DNA from: an uncultured Gemmatimonadales bacterium
GTDB taxonomy: Bacteria; Gemmatimonadota; Gemmatimonadetes; Gemmatimonadales; GWC2-71-9
NCBI GenBank assembly: GCA_963757525.1
Contig: CAVWRM010000001.1
Location: 3,591,862-3,655,861 of the forward strand
Reading direction: 5' to 3'
DNA length: 64,000 bases
The notes below the pieces were generated by a model. The model did not search any database. It was not told the DNA's origin and saw nothing but the letters and a program-made list of their open reading frames with translations. Below, in pieces: positions 19,544-28,352 of this stretch; positions within the stretch are counted from its first letter, which is position 1; each line of letters begins with the position of its first letter. The position numbers and the translations under genes were made by a program.

Positions 19544-19966
19544 TCAAAGCCGGCGGATCCCATCGCAGCTCCCGCGCAGGGCGGCCCGATGTTCCCGCAC
19601 CGCCAGCCACAAACATACGAATCCGAGCGGCACCGCGAGGCCGACGATGCCGGCGCCCGCCAGCACCCACGACCCCTTGAGGCGGGCCATGATGGGGATC
19701 CGGTGCCGAAGAGCGGAAATGACGATCGGCGCCCAACACCCGACGACCGCCGCCACCGCAACGGCAGCCAGCGAACGCTCTCGCCGCCACCGCCAGATCA
19801 GCGGAGCAACCGCCACCACGGCGACCGTACCCCAGAGAATCATCCAGGCACCGTCGTACACGCCGAGCGTGGGAATCGATTGGGTGTAGGCGGTGACCGC
19901 CGCGAGGAGGAGGGAGGCGACCCCGGCGCCCGCGGCGATCCGCCGGCCCGCGCGTCGTGAGGTCAC
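19544..19966 (-). CDS. hypothetical membrane protein
   Basis: GTGA overlap start; four hydrophobic segments. Confidence 0.6.
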   Translation of the reverse strand: MTSRRAGRRIAAGAGVASLLLAAVTAYTQSIPTLGVYDGAWMILWGTVAVVAVAPLIWRWRRERSLAAVAVAAVVGCWAPIVISALRHRIPIMARLKGSWVLAGAGIVGLAVPLGFVCLWLAVREHRAALRGSCDGIRRL

Positions 19967-20340
19967 GCGGCGGCGGGGTCGGGTCCCATGGCGTAGTGCG
20001 CCTGCACTCGGCGGATTCTGCGGCTCGCATCGAGCTCCATGCATTCCGCGCTCATGAGTCCCTGAATGCTCTCGTAGTGGAGCACGAGACTGTCCACGCC
20101 GGCGTAAGCGCGATGCAGCACGAAATGGAGCTCCGGGTAGCGAATGAGCATGGGCCCCCAATAGGCGCGCAGGGCGGACTTGCCCATGACGGTCTTCCGG
20201 CCTGGGCCAAGCACGGTCTCGACGAAGGGTGAGGTGACCTCGGCATCCTCGGCGTAATGACTCAGGATCTGCTCGAGGTCGCGAGTGTTCCACGCCTCGA
20301 TCCATTCGACGGCGAAACGCTGCGCGTCGGCCTCGGTCAT
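19963..20340 (-). CDS. SnoaL-like / NTF2 family protein
   Basis: FAVEWIEAWNTRDLEQILSHY...GK.ALRAYW. Confidence 0.9.
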   Translation of the reverse strand: MTEADAQRFAVEWIEAWNTRDLEQILSHYAEDAEVTSPFVETVLGPGRKTVMGKSALRAYWGPMLIRYPELHFVLHRAYAGVDSLVLHYESIQGLMSAECMELDASRRIRRVQAHYAMGPDPAAA

Positions 20341-20521
20341 GGCGTCTAACCTACGCGTTCGCTTCCGCCAGGCCAGCGCGCCCACGAGGAGGCGGCCGTA
20401 GTCGATCGGGACTCGGGCGAGCGCCGGCCGAGCTCACAATTCACTGAACGTGAGCGGTGTAACTGGCTGTTGGAGACGGTATTACCTCCTTGGCCGCAGA
20501 GACGTGACGGCGCGGGCCCCA

Positions 20522-20794
20522 TCACTCGCGCTGCTTCCATTGCTCTCCCGTTGGCGGAGTGGCCGCAAGCGTATAGTCGTCCTTCCCCGTTCGGGCGGTC
20601 CGCAGAATCAGCAGGCCGATGAACAGATTTCCAAAGCCGAGCCAGAGTCCCAGGTGAACGGCGCGCGACCAGTCCGGCCATCCATGAGGATGGCGGCCGA
20701 TGAGGTCCAGCACGACCATGAGCACGCCCGCGCCAAGCAACAGGGGCCCGAAAACCCAGGCCAGAGCCCGGAACATCGGCCGCACCGCCGTCAC
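20522..20794 (-). CDS. small two-TM membrane protein
   Basis: GTGA overlap start; two hydrophobic helices. Confidence 0.55.
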   Translation of the reverse strand: MTAVRPMFRALAWVFGPLLLGAGVLMVVLDLIGRHPHGWPDWSRAVHLGLWLGFGNLFIGLLILRTARTGKDDYTLAATPPTGEQWKQRE

Positions 20795-21417
20795 ACGAAC
20801 CCCTCGCCCAGCAAGCGCGACCCCTCGGCCGTGATCTCGTGCAGCTGGCCCGAGCCGGTAACGACGCGCGACCAGCTCTCGGTCATGAGCCGGAGGCGCT
20901 TGGACGCGGGATCCCACCAGTACTTGAAGCCGCCGTGCATCCCATCGACCGGAAACCAGGCGGGATCGTCCTGCGTCCCCGCCTCGGGACCAAGCGTCGG
21001 GAGCGCGATGTCCGTAGCCCGCACGGCCTCGCCGGCACGGGCACGAATCAGCGCGTGGAAGTGTGCCTGGACCCGCGTCATCTCGGGGGCGTCCTCCGCG
21101 ATTGCATCCAGGGCGGGCGCATCGCCCGCCGCGAGTGCCTGGCGAAGTCCAGCCAGAAACTCCTCCGAAAAGACCTCGGTGCGAATGGCCTCCGAGAGAA
21201 GCGGCAGCAGATCGGACTCCGGGAGCGTGAGCGCCTTGGGCATCATCTTCGCCCCCTGCCATGAGGAGAATCGAATCTCGACCTGCTTCGACTTCTTGAC
21301 CAGGATCCGCTCGATCGCCGAGAGCGATTTGGGCGACGATCCGGAGGGCTGCGTGGCCCTGGCCAGCTCCTTGACGTACCTCGTCTCCTTGAGCGAGTCG
21401 GTCGCGCGCGGGCTCAT
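20791..21417 (-). CDS. hypothetical protein (HFH..I..RA...WFPV.GM.GGF...ESWSRV..GSGQ.HEI domain)
   Basis: conserved-looking C-terminal motifs; N-terminus uncertain. Confidence 0.65.
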   Translation of the reverse strand: MSPRATDSLKETRYVKELARATQPSGSSPKSLSAIERILVKKSKQVEIRFSSWQGAKMMPKALTLPESDLLPLLSEAIRTEVFSEEFLAGLRQALAAGDAPALDAIAEDAPEMTRVQAHFHALIRARAGEAVRATDIALPTLGPEAGTQDDPAWFPVDGMHGGFKYWWDPASKRLRLMTESWSRVVTGSGQLHEITAEGSRLLGEGFV

Positions 21418-21518
21418 CCGGATTGACCGGTGGGCCGCGGGCGAACCTGCCCGCTCAACAACTCGAGGGGAATGACGGCGGAGGATTTTACGTGGTTATC
21501 GGGCATGAGAGTTTCCGG

Positions 21519-22013
21519 TTAGGACCGACAGACCGTCGTCGTCTCCGTCTCCACGAACCGGGTCGGCCCGGTGCTGACGGGCCCGCTGACGACGTGCACG
21601 GGCTGCGTCAGCGCCTGGGTCGTGGCGCACGCTCGTCCCGGCCTGCTGGTCGTGACGAAGACGTCGCGGCCGTCGGCGGCGGCCCGGATGCTGTCGATGT
21701 GGATCATGAAGCCGCCGGTGGAGCGCTCACCGAGCGCGGCAACGATGATCGATTCCTGTGACAAGTCCACGGACGGCCGGGGAGGCGGCGGACTCAGATG
21801 GGCCGTGACCGTCGCCCACAGCGAGGTCCAATCGGCGGCACTGGTGACCACGGAGCGCTGCGCCTCGAGCAGGCCCGAGGAGTTCCCCGAGTAGAGCTCG
21901 TGGAGACCGGGTGCCGAAGCGCTCGAGCCCGACGAGGCGGGGTGGGCGTTGCAGCCGCCCGCGAATGCGGCCAGGAAGCCCAGCGCCGCCAGAGAATGGG
22001 AGTCGCGAAGCAT
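21519..22013 (-). CDS. PrcB C-terminal domain lipoprotein
   Basis: AAGGAG SD; AGGC lipobox; P.VD...LGERSTGGF, C..TQALTQPVH. Confidence 0.85.
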   Translation of the reverse strand: MLRDSHSLAALGFLAAFAGGCNAHPASSGSSASAPGLHELYSGNSSGLLEAQRSVVTSAADWTSLWATVTAHLSPPPPRPSVDLSQESIIVAALGERSTGGFMIHIDSIRAAADGRDVFVTTSRPGRACATTQALTQPVHVVSGPVSTGPTRFVETETTTVCRS

Positions 22014-22027
22014 ATGACTCCTTGATG

Positions 22028-22489
22028 TTAAGGGAGCGTCGCCATGCACTCCAGTTCCAGCCGTGCCCCGAGCGCCAATCCCGTCGTGCCGAAGGCGCTG
22101 CGGGCCGGAAGGTGGGTGGTGAAGACCGTGGTGTACACCGCGTTCAGCGCGGACCACTCGCGCATGTCCGCCAGCATCGCCGTGCACTTGACCACCCGGT
22201 CGAGAGAGGAGCCGTGCCGGGCAAGCACGTCGGCGATATTGGCCAATGCCTGGCGTGTCTCCGGGCCGATGCCGCCCCGCACCAGGCGTCCGGTGCTGTC
22301 GGTGCCGAGCTGGCCGGAGAGATAGAGCAGGTCGCCGACACGGACGGCCTCCGAGAACGGCAGAGGCCGTCCGCCCGGCACGGGGTAGTATGCCACCGAC
22401 GCGGTATTCCCGCCGTGCCCGGCGCAGGCGGCCAGGAGGAGCAGCGCGCCTGGCAGCACACGCCCCGTGGTCCTTCGGATTCGGGGCAC
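22028..22489 (-). CDS. RidA/YjgF family protein with lipoprotein signal
   Basis: PFSEAVRVGDLLYLSGQLG, PARSAF, LELEC; LLLLAAC lipobox. Confidence 0.85.
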   Translation of the reverse strand: MPRIRRTTGRVLPGALLLLAACAGHGGNTASVAYYPVPGGRPLPFSEAVRVGDLLYLSGQLGTDSTGRLVRGGIGPETRQALANIADVLARHGSSLDRVVKCTAMLADMREWSALNAVYTTVFTTHLPARSAFGTTGLALGARLELECMATLP

Positions 22490-22490
22490 C

Positions 22491-22847
22491 TCAGGGTCGG
22501 TCGAACTCCATGATCGGCCGCACCTCGATCGAGCCCAGGCGTGCGGAGGGAATGCGAGAGGCCACCTGAATCGCATCGTTGAGATCCTTGGCGTTGATGA
22601 GGTAGAACCCGCCGAGCTGCTCCTTGGTCTCCGCGAAGGGACCATCGGTCGTCGCCATCTTACCGTTGCGGACCCGGACGGTGGTGGCCGTCTGAACCGG
22701 CTGCAGGGCCTCGCCGCCGATGTACTGGCCGCTCTTTCGAATGCCCTCCGTGAAGGCAAAGTACTCTCCCATGAAGGCTTCGGACTCCTTCGGGGACATG
22801 CCCGCGACCTTCTTCTCGTCGTCGTAGATCAGGCAGAGGTATCGCAT
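22491..22847 (-). CDS. YciI family (DGPF domain) protein
   Basis: TDGPFAETKEQLGGFYLI, GSIEVRP. Confidence 0.95.
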   Translation of the reverse strand: MRYLCLIYDDEKKVAGMSPKESEAFMGEYFAFTEGIRKSGQYIGGEALQPVQTATTVRVRNGKMATTDGPFAETKEQLGGFYLINAKDLNDAIQVASRIPSARLGSIEVRPIMEFDRP

Positions 22848-22888
22848 GACTCCCTCGAGTAGGGGGGTGCAACGACAGTGGATGCAGA

Positions 22889-22917
22889 TAGTCGTTCGGG
22901 GGAGCACCAAATCGACA
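22889..22917 (-). promoter_or_regulatory. ECF42-type promoter upstream of the YciI/DGPF gene
   Basis: minus strand TGTCGA (22917-22912)-N17-CGACTA; matches the described ECF42 TGTCGA / CG(A/T)C elements. Confidence 0.75.
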
Positions 22918-22921
22918 TCGA

Positions 22922-23299
22922 TCACTCCGCCTCGAGCTTGGCCGCGCATTCGGGACACAGGCCGTGGCTGGTATTGGCCTGGTGAGCGGCAAGAAAAGAC
23001 TCGAAGGTGAGCCACTCGCCCTCGTTCCGGATTCGCCGGCACCAACCGCACAGGACGACGAACGACTCCAGCGCGACGATACGGCGGGTCAGGCGGGCCG
23101 TGATGGTCGTGGTGAGCACGCCGAGGAGGGCCACGACCGCCGATTCGAAGGCCGCTTCGGAAAGTCGTCTGGGTGTCGGCGTCGCGTTGAACAGCAGGTG
23201 GGGTAGATCGAGCAGCTCGTCCGCCCACAGGGTGGCGAGCACGAGAGCGAAACCGAGCGACTGCAGCAGAACGATCAGCCGCGGGACGCGTACGGACAA
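22922..23299 (-). CDS. two-TM protein with C-terminal CxxC...HGxCxxC putative Zn-binding domain
   Basis: LCGWCRRIR...W...E...SHGLCPEC. Confidence 0.75.
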   Translation of the reverse strand: MSVRVPRLIVLLQSLGFALVLATLWADELLDLPHLLFNATPTPRRLSEAAFESAVVALLGVLTTTITARLTRRIVALESFVVLCGWCRRIRNEGEWLTFESFLAAHQANTSHGLCPECAAKLEAE

Positions 23300-23428
23300 C
23301 GAAGACTCCGGTGCGGGATAATGCCCAAAGCTAACCGGCCGTCACGTCCGCCGCCTGAGTCCAGTCGCACGGCTGGGGCGCCGCTCGAGAGTCGGAGTGC
23401 TGAGGCACGGTCCACCGCCACGTCGAGG

Positions 23429-24433
23429 CTATTCGCCTGGCAACGAGTCCGGCGCCCGCGGGAGGCGCCTGACGGAGTCGACGAACGCCGCGATGCCCTC
23501 CACCAGCGCGGGCGCGACGGCCAGGGTGGAGTCGGCATAGGACTGACGCTGCTGGCCCGGTCCGCCGCTCACCAGCTCGAGGACGTGATTCATTCCGTTC
23601 ACGCTGAGATAGGTCGCGTCGGGACGCGCCCTGTGCAGCAGGTTTCCTTCGGAAGGGTCCGCCTGAAGGTCGGTCGTTCCCTGAACGATCAGCACCGGCA
23701 TGCGAAGCCCGCGCAGCACCGCCGCCGGGTCGTACCGGAACCAGCTGATCAGGTACGGCTGGACGCTCGGACGATAGAGTGCCTCCAGCTCGGCGGGCAC
23801 GCGGGCCACTTGCCGCCCACGCTCGAGGTCAGCCAGGATACGCTCGTTCTCCGCCAAGAGTGGCGGCGGCAGCTTGGACTGCAGCTGCCACCGCAACAGA
23901 TCGGACGCCCGACGGCCGGCGCCGGCCACCGACACGTAGCCATCCGCACCCGCCGTTTCGGCCGCGAGCGCCGAGATCAGCGCCCCCTCGCTGTGCCCGA
24001 GCGCGATGACACGGTCGAAGCGCGAATCGGCGCGGAGCCGGGCGAGCCACGCCGCGGCGTCGTTGGCGTAGGTCTCGATCCGGAGGGCCGACTCCGTCGT
24101 CATTGCCGGCGCGCTCGCGCCGATCCCACGCTTGTCCACCCGGAGCGTGGCGATGCCGCGCGCAGCGAGAGCCTCGGCCAGGAGGCGCAGACTGTTGTTC
24201 TTGCCGGGAAGGATGGGGTTGTTACCGTCGCGATCCGTGGGGCCCGAGCCCGGATGGATGAACACGACCGGGACGAGAGACCCTCGGGTGGGAACCAGGA
24301 GCGTGCCGTAGAGCGCGCCGGTCCGGGTCGTGAGTGTCTCAGCGGTTTCCACGGAGGCACCCAGCGCCGGTGCGGCCTGCGCCTCGGCAGTCGACGCGAG
24401 GGACATGAGCAGGCACAATAGGCGGGGCGTCAC
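23429..24433 (-). CDS. secreted alpha/beta hydrolase
   Basis: GSGPTDRDGN, GHSEG nucleophile elbow, MNHVL. Confidence 0.9.
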   Translation of the reverse strand: MTPRLLCLLMSLASTAEAQAAPALGASVETAETLTTRTGALYGTLLVPTRGSLVPVVFIHPGSGPTDRDGNNPILPGKNNSLRLLAEALAARGIATLRVDKRGIGASAPAMTTESALRIETYANDAAAWLARLRADSRFDRVIALGHSEGALISALAAETAGADGYVSVAGAGRRASDLLRWQLQSKLPPPLLAENERILADLERGRQVARVPAELEALYRPSVQPYLISWFRYDPAAVLRGLRMPVLIVQGTTDLQADPSEGNLLHRARPDATYLSVNGMNHVLELVSGGPGQQRQSYADSTLAVAPALVEGIAAFVDSVRRLPRAPDSLPGE

Positions 24434-24456
24434 CGGGCAGCGCGGCGCACGGAAGG

Positions 24457-24891
24457 CTACTCGAACCGCGCGCAGGTCGGCGTGCGCTCGCGCAGGACCG
24501 CCTCCTGCTGAAAACGCCGCTTGTATTCGCCGATGACCTCACCGATCGCGCGAAGCGCCGCTTCGTTGCCCCCATGCAACAGGATGACCACCTCCGAGTT
24601 CTCTTCCTCGACTACGCCGCTCTGGCCCTCCCACCGGCCGGTGGCCTGGATGACGGTCAGGCCGGCCGGGAAGCGCGGCGTCAGCACCTCATCCAGAAAG
24701 CGACGCCACTCGGCCTCGCTCACGACGCCCCCGTCCGGGCGGTTGCGTCCGAAATAGAGGACCTCGCGAACCAGCGCCGTGTCTCCGACGGCGCAACTTG
24801 CCGGGAAGTTTGCGGCGGGCCCGGGATGTCCGGCACAGGCCGCGGCGAGGGTGACCCACACCCGGGCCGCGCGGCTACGGGCGCGGGACAC
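24457..24891 (-). CDS. DUF3574 family lipoprotein
   Basis: LYFGR, EW..FLDEV.TPRFP.GLT, YKRRFQQEAVL. Confidence 0.85.
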   Translation of the reverse strand: MSRARSRAARVWVTLAAACAGHPGPAANFPASCAVGDTALVREVLYFGRNRPDGGVVSEAEWRRFLDEVLTPRFPAGLTVIQATGRWEGQSGVVEEENSEVVILLHGGNEAALRAIGEVIGEYKRRFQQEAVLRERTPTCARFE

Positions 24892-25363
24892 CCGGCGATC
24901 CGCCTGCGGCGACCACTGCGGCGTCGAGCCGCTCGCGCAGGTCCACGGCAGATATCGGTCCGAGGGCGGCGATCGTCGCCCGATGCGCCGCCTCCCACAA
25001 GGGGGTAGCATCCTCGATGACGCGCCGGCCGGCCGGTGTCAGCACTACGAGGCGCGCCCGCCCATCATCCGGAGCAGGTACGACATTGACGAGGCCGCCC
25101 CGCTCAAGCGGACGCAGATTGCGCGACAGGGTCGTGCGATCCATGACCAGAATGTCCGCGATCGTGCCCATGCCACCGCCGCCGGCACCGCACAGCGCCA
25201 CCACGTTGAGCAGACCGAGTTGGGAGATCTGAATACCGAGAGGCCGCAGGGCCTCGTCATAGGCCCGAGTCATGACCCGCGACAAGCGGCGCGCGCGGAG
25301 CCAGAGGCATTCGCCGGCCATCATGCGGGCGCCTGGAGGTGGAGGGGTCACGACCGTATGCAT
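24875..25363 (-). CDS. MarR family transcriptional regulator
   Basis: C...R..SR..TR.YD..L, MDRTTLSRNLRPLE, D.R.R.V.LT..G. Confidence 0.9.
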   Translation of the reverse strand: MHTVVTPPPPGARMMAGECLWLRARRLSRVMTRAYDEALRPLGIQISQLGLLNVVALCGAGGGGMGTIADILVMDRTTLSRNLRPLERGGLVNVVPAPDDGRARLVVLTPAGRRVIEDATPLWEAAHRATIAALGPISAVDLRERLDAAVVAAGGSPGVPRP

Positions 25364-25437
25364 AGGGGCATCCCGGGAGCCCGTCAAACACCTCGCGCCG
25401 GACACCCCCGCGATCCAGGCCGCCTTATGTTTGAAGA

Positions 25438-27099
25438 ATGCTCTCCACGAGTCGTGAGCACGTGACCGCAGCGGCGTCGGCATTGGATCGGGGGCGGAAG
25501 GCGTTCGGACGGGCGGCCTGGGCCGAGTCGTACGCCCAACTCTCGATCGCGGATGGCGAGCACCCGCTCGATCCAGAGGACATCGTCAGACTGGCCACGT
25601 CCGCGCAACTCCTCGGCAAGGACACCGACAGCGCCGAGCTGTGGGCCAGAGCCCACCGGGGGTTTCTGGCCGGGGGCGGAATCCAGCAGGCCGTCCGGTG
25701 TGCCTTTCGCCTCGCCGTCCCGTTGCTGTTCAAGGGCGAAGTGGCCCGCGCGAGCGGCTGGCTGGCCCGGGGACGCCGGCTGCTCGACGAGCGGGACCTG
25801 GACTGTGTCGAGCGCGGCTATCTCCTCTACCCCCAGGGAATCCAGGCCATCCTCGGCGGCGATCCGGGCGACGGCTACCGGATCTTCGGCGAGGCCGCCG
25901 ATATCGGGGCACGCTTTCGCGACACGGATCTCCTGACGCTGGCCCGGCACGGCCAGGGTCGGGCCCAGCTTCGCCTCGGCGACGTGGCTCGCGGCATGGC
26001 GCTGCTCGATGAAGTCATGGTCGCGGTGACCGCCGACGAGGTCTCGCCCCTCGTGGCGGGTGACGTCTACTGCAGCGTGATCGAGGCCTGTCAGGAAACC
26101 TACGACGTGCGCCGCGCGCAGGAGTGGACGGCGGCGATGACCCGCTGGTGCGCGTCGCAGGGCGACCAGGTCTCCTACCGCGGAGCGTGTCTCATCCGGC
26201 GCGCCGAGCTGATGCAGCTGCACGGGGCATGGTCGGAGGCCGTGGAGTCGGCGGAACAGGCGCGGGACTGGCTCTCCCGAGCGCGCGCGCACGGATCGGC
26301 GGGCGCGGCCTTCTACCAGCTCGCCGAGGTCTCCCGTCTCCGGGGAGAATGGGAGCAGGCCGCCACGAGCTACCGGGAGGCCAGCCGCTGGGGTCACGAG
26401 CCACAACCCGGTCTGGCACTCCTGCGTCTGGCGCGGCGCCAGAGGGATGCGGCCAGGAACGCGATCGCGCGTGCCCTGGGTGAGACAACGGACCGGCACG
26501 CCAGAGCGGGATTGCTACCGGCGTATGTCGAGATCATGCTGGCCGCGGACGAGGTCCCGGCGGCCCAGTCGGGCGCCGACGAGCTCGGGGCGATCGCCGC
26601 CGCGCTCGGCGCTCCCCTGCTGCTGGCGCTCGCGTGTCAGGCCCGCGGGGCTGTGCTGCTTGCCCAGGGCGATGCCGCCGGCTCTCTCACCTCGCTGCGC
26701 CGGGCGTTGTCGGGTTGGCAGACCCTGGAGGCACCGTACGAGGCCGCCCGTGTCCGCGTGCTGGTCGGGATGGCGTGCCGGGCGCTGGGCGACCAGGATG
26801 CGTCGGAGCTGGAGCTCGAGGCCGCCAGACGCACCTTCGAGGAGCTGGGCGCTCAGCCGGACGCGGCTCGAACGCGACAACTGGCACATCCGGAAACTGC
26901 CGGCGTCCCCGCTCTCACCGCGCGCGAGCTGCAGGTACTGGGGCTGCTCGCCACGGGAATGACCAACCGGGCCATTGCCTCGGAGCTCGCCATCAGCGAG
27001 AAAACGGTCGCCCGTCACGTCAGCAACATCTTCACCAAGCTCGGGATCTCCAGCCGCGCGGCCGCGGCCGCATACGCCTTCCGCCACCAGCTCGCCTAA
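25438..27099 (+). CDS. LuxR family regulator with TPR-like helical region
   Basis: C-terminal LTARELQVL...TNRAIA.EL.ISEKTVARHVSNIF.KLG. Confidence 0.92.
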   Translation: MLSTSREHVTAAASALDRGRKAFGRAAWAESYAQLSIADGEHPLDPEDIVRLATSAQLLGKDTDSAELWARAHRGFLAGGGIQQAVRCAFRLAVPLLFKGEVARASGWLARGRRLLDERDLDCVERGYLLYPQGIQAILGGDPGDGYRIFGEAADIGARFRDTDLLTLARHGQGRAQLRLGDVARGMALLDEVMVAVTADEVSPLVAGDVYCSVIEACQETYDVRRAQEWTAAMTRWCASQGDQVSYRGACLIRRAELMQLHGAWSEAVESAEQARDWLSRARAHGSAGAAFYQLAEVSRLRGEWEQAATSYREASRWGHEPQPGLALLRLARRQRDAARNAIARALGETTDRHARAGLLPAYVEIMLAADEVPAAQSGADELGAIAAALGAPLLLALACQARGAVLLAQGDAAGSLTSLRRALSGWQTLEAPYEAARVRVLVGMACRALGDQDASELELEAARRTFEELGAQPDAARTRQLAHPETAGVPALTARELQVLGLLATGMTNRAIASELAISEKTVARHVSNIFTKLGISSRAAAAAYAFRHQLA

Positions 27100-27233
27100 G
27101 CCCTCTACATAGAATTACCCATGCCGCCGGCGGCCAGCGCTCAACAGTTCGCCCGATGCGCGCGGCGGCGGATCTCGCTACCGTGTTCCTCAGAACCTGT
27201 TACAGGTCACACGCTCGAGAGACGGGGGTCATC

Positions 27234-28343
27234 ATGAGCTTTTCGCGAGAGGCGGAGCAGGTCGACACGATCGTGATCGGAGCGGGCCAGGCGGGCCTGT
27301 CCGTCGGCTACCATCTGGCGCAGCGAGGCGTTCCGTTCCTCATCCTGGAGGCCAACCAGCGCGTCGGGGACGCCTGGCGCCACCGTTGGGACTCGCTCCG
27401 TCTTTTCACCCCCGCCCGGTTCGATGGCCTCGACGGGATGCCCTTCCCCGCCCCACCAGACTCCTTCCCGAGCAAGGATGAGATGGCGGACTACCTCGAG
27501 GCCTATGTCGCGCGATTCAGGCTGCCGGTTCGCACCGGCATCTCGGTGACCCGGCTCGCACGAGACGGGGACCGCTACCTCATCGAGGCGGGCGACCAGC
27601 GGTTCGAGGCCGCGCACGTCGTGGTGGCCATGGCGACCTATCAGCGGCGACGGGTACCCGGGTTCGCCCACGACCTCGATCCATCCATCGTGCAGCTGCA
27701 CTCGAGCGACTACCGGAACCTCACCCAGCTCCGGCCGGGTGGCGTGCTCATCGTGGGGGCCGGCAACTCCGGGTCGGAGATCGCGCTCGAGGCGGCGCGG
27801 GGCGGCCACCGGGTGGTGATGTCGGGGCGCGATACCGGCCACATTCCCTTCCGGATCGATGGGCTGGCCGGCCGGACCTTACTGGTGCGTCTCGTGCTCC
27901 GATTCCTGTTTCACCGGCTCATGACGATGGATACGCCCATCGGCCGGCGGGTCCGTCCTGCGGTGGTGAGCCGCGGGGGACCACTGATCCGCGTCAAGCC
28001 GAGGGACCTGGCCCGGGCGGGGGTCGAACGGGCGCCCAGGATGGCGGGGGTGCGCGACGGACGGCCGATCCTCGAGGATGGCCAGGCGGCGGATGTCGCC
28101 AACGTGGTATGGTGCACCGGGTACCACCCCGGGCTCTCGTGGATCGACCTGCCGGTATTCGAGACGGACGGCGAGCCGCGGCACCATCGCGGCATCGTGC
28201 AGGGAGAGCCAGGGCTCTATTTCGTGGGGCTGCATTTCCTCTATGCGATGTCGTCGACGATGATCCACGGGGTAGGCCGCGACGCCAGGCACGTCGTGGA
28301 GACGATCGCCGCCGCTGGCCTCCGGGCACGGGACGCAGCATGA
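27234..28343 (+). CDS. FAD/NAD(P)-dependent oxidoreductase (flavin monooxygenase-like)
   Basis: GAGQAG, WRHRWDSLRLFTP, QLHSSDYRN, GAGNSG, WCTGY. Confidence 0.9.
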   Translation: MSFSREAEQVDTIVIGAGQAGLSVGYHLAQRGVPFLILEANQRVGDAWRHRWDSLRLFTPARFDGLDGMPFPAPPDSFPSKDEMADYLEAYVARFRLPVRTGISVTRLARDGDRYLIEAGDQRFEAAHVVVAMATYQRRRVPGFAHDLDPSIVQLHSSDYRNLTQLRPGGVLIVGAGNSGSEIALEAARGGHRVVMSGRDTGHIPFRIDGLAGRTLLVRLVLRFLFHRLMTMDTPIGRRVRPAVVSRGGPLIRVKPRDLARAGVERAPRMAGVRDGRPILEDGQAADVANVVWCTGYHPGLSWIDLPVFETDGEPRHHRGIVQGEPGLYFVGLHFLYAMSSTMIHGVGRDARHVVETIAAAGLRARDAA

Positions 28344-28352
28344 TTAGCCGTT

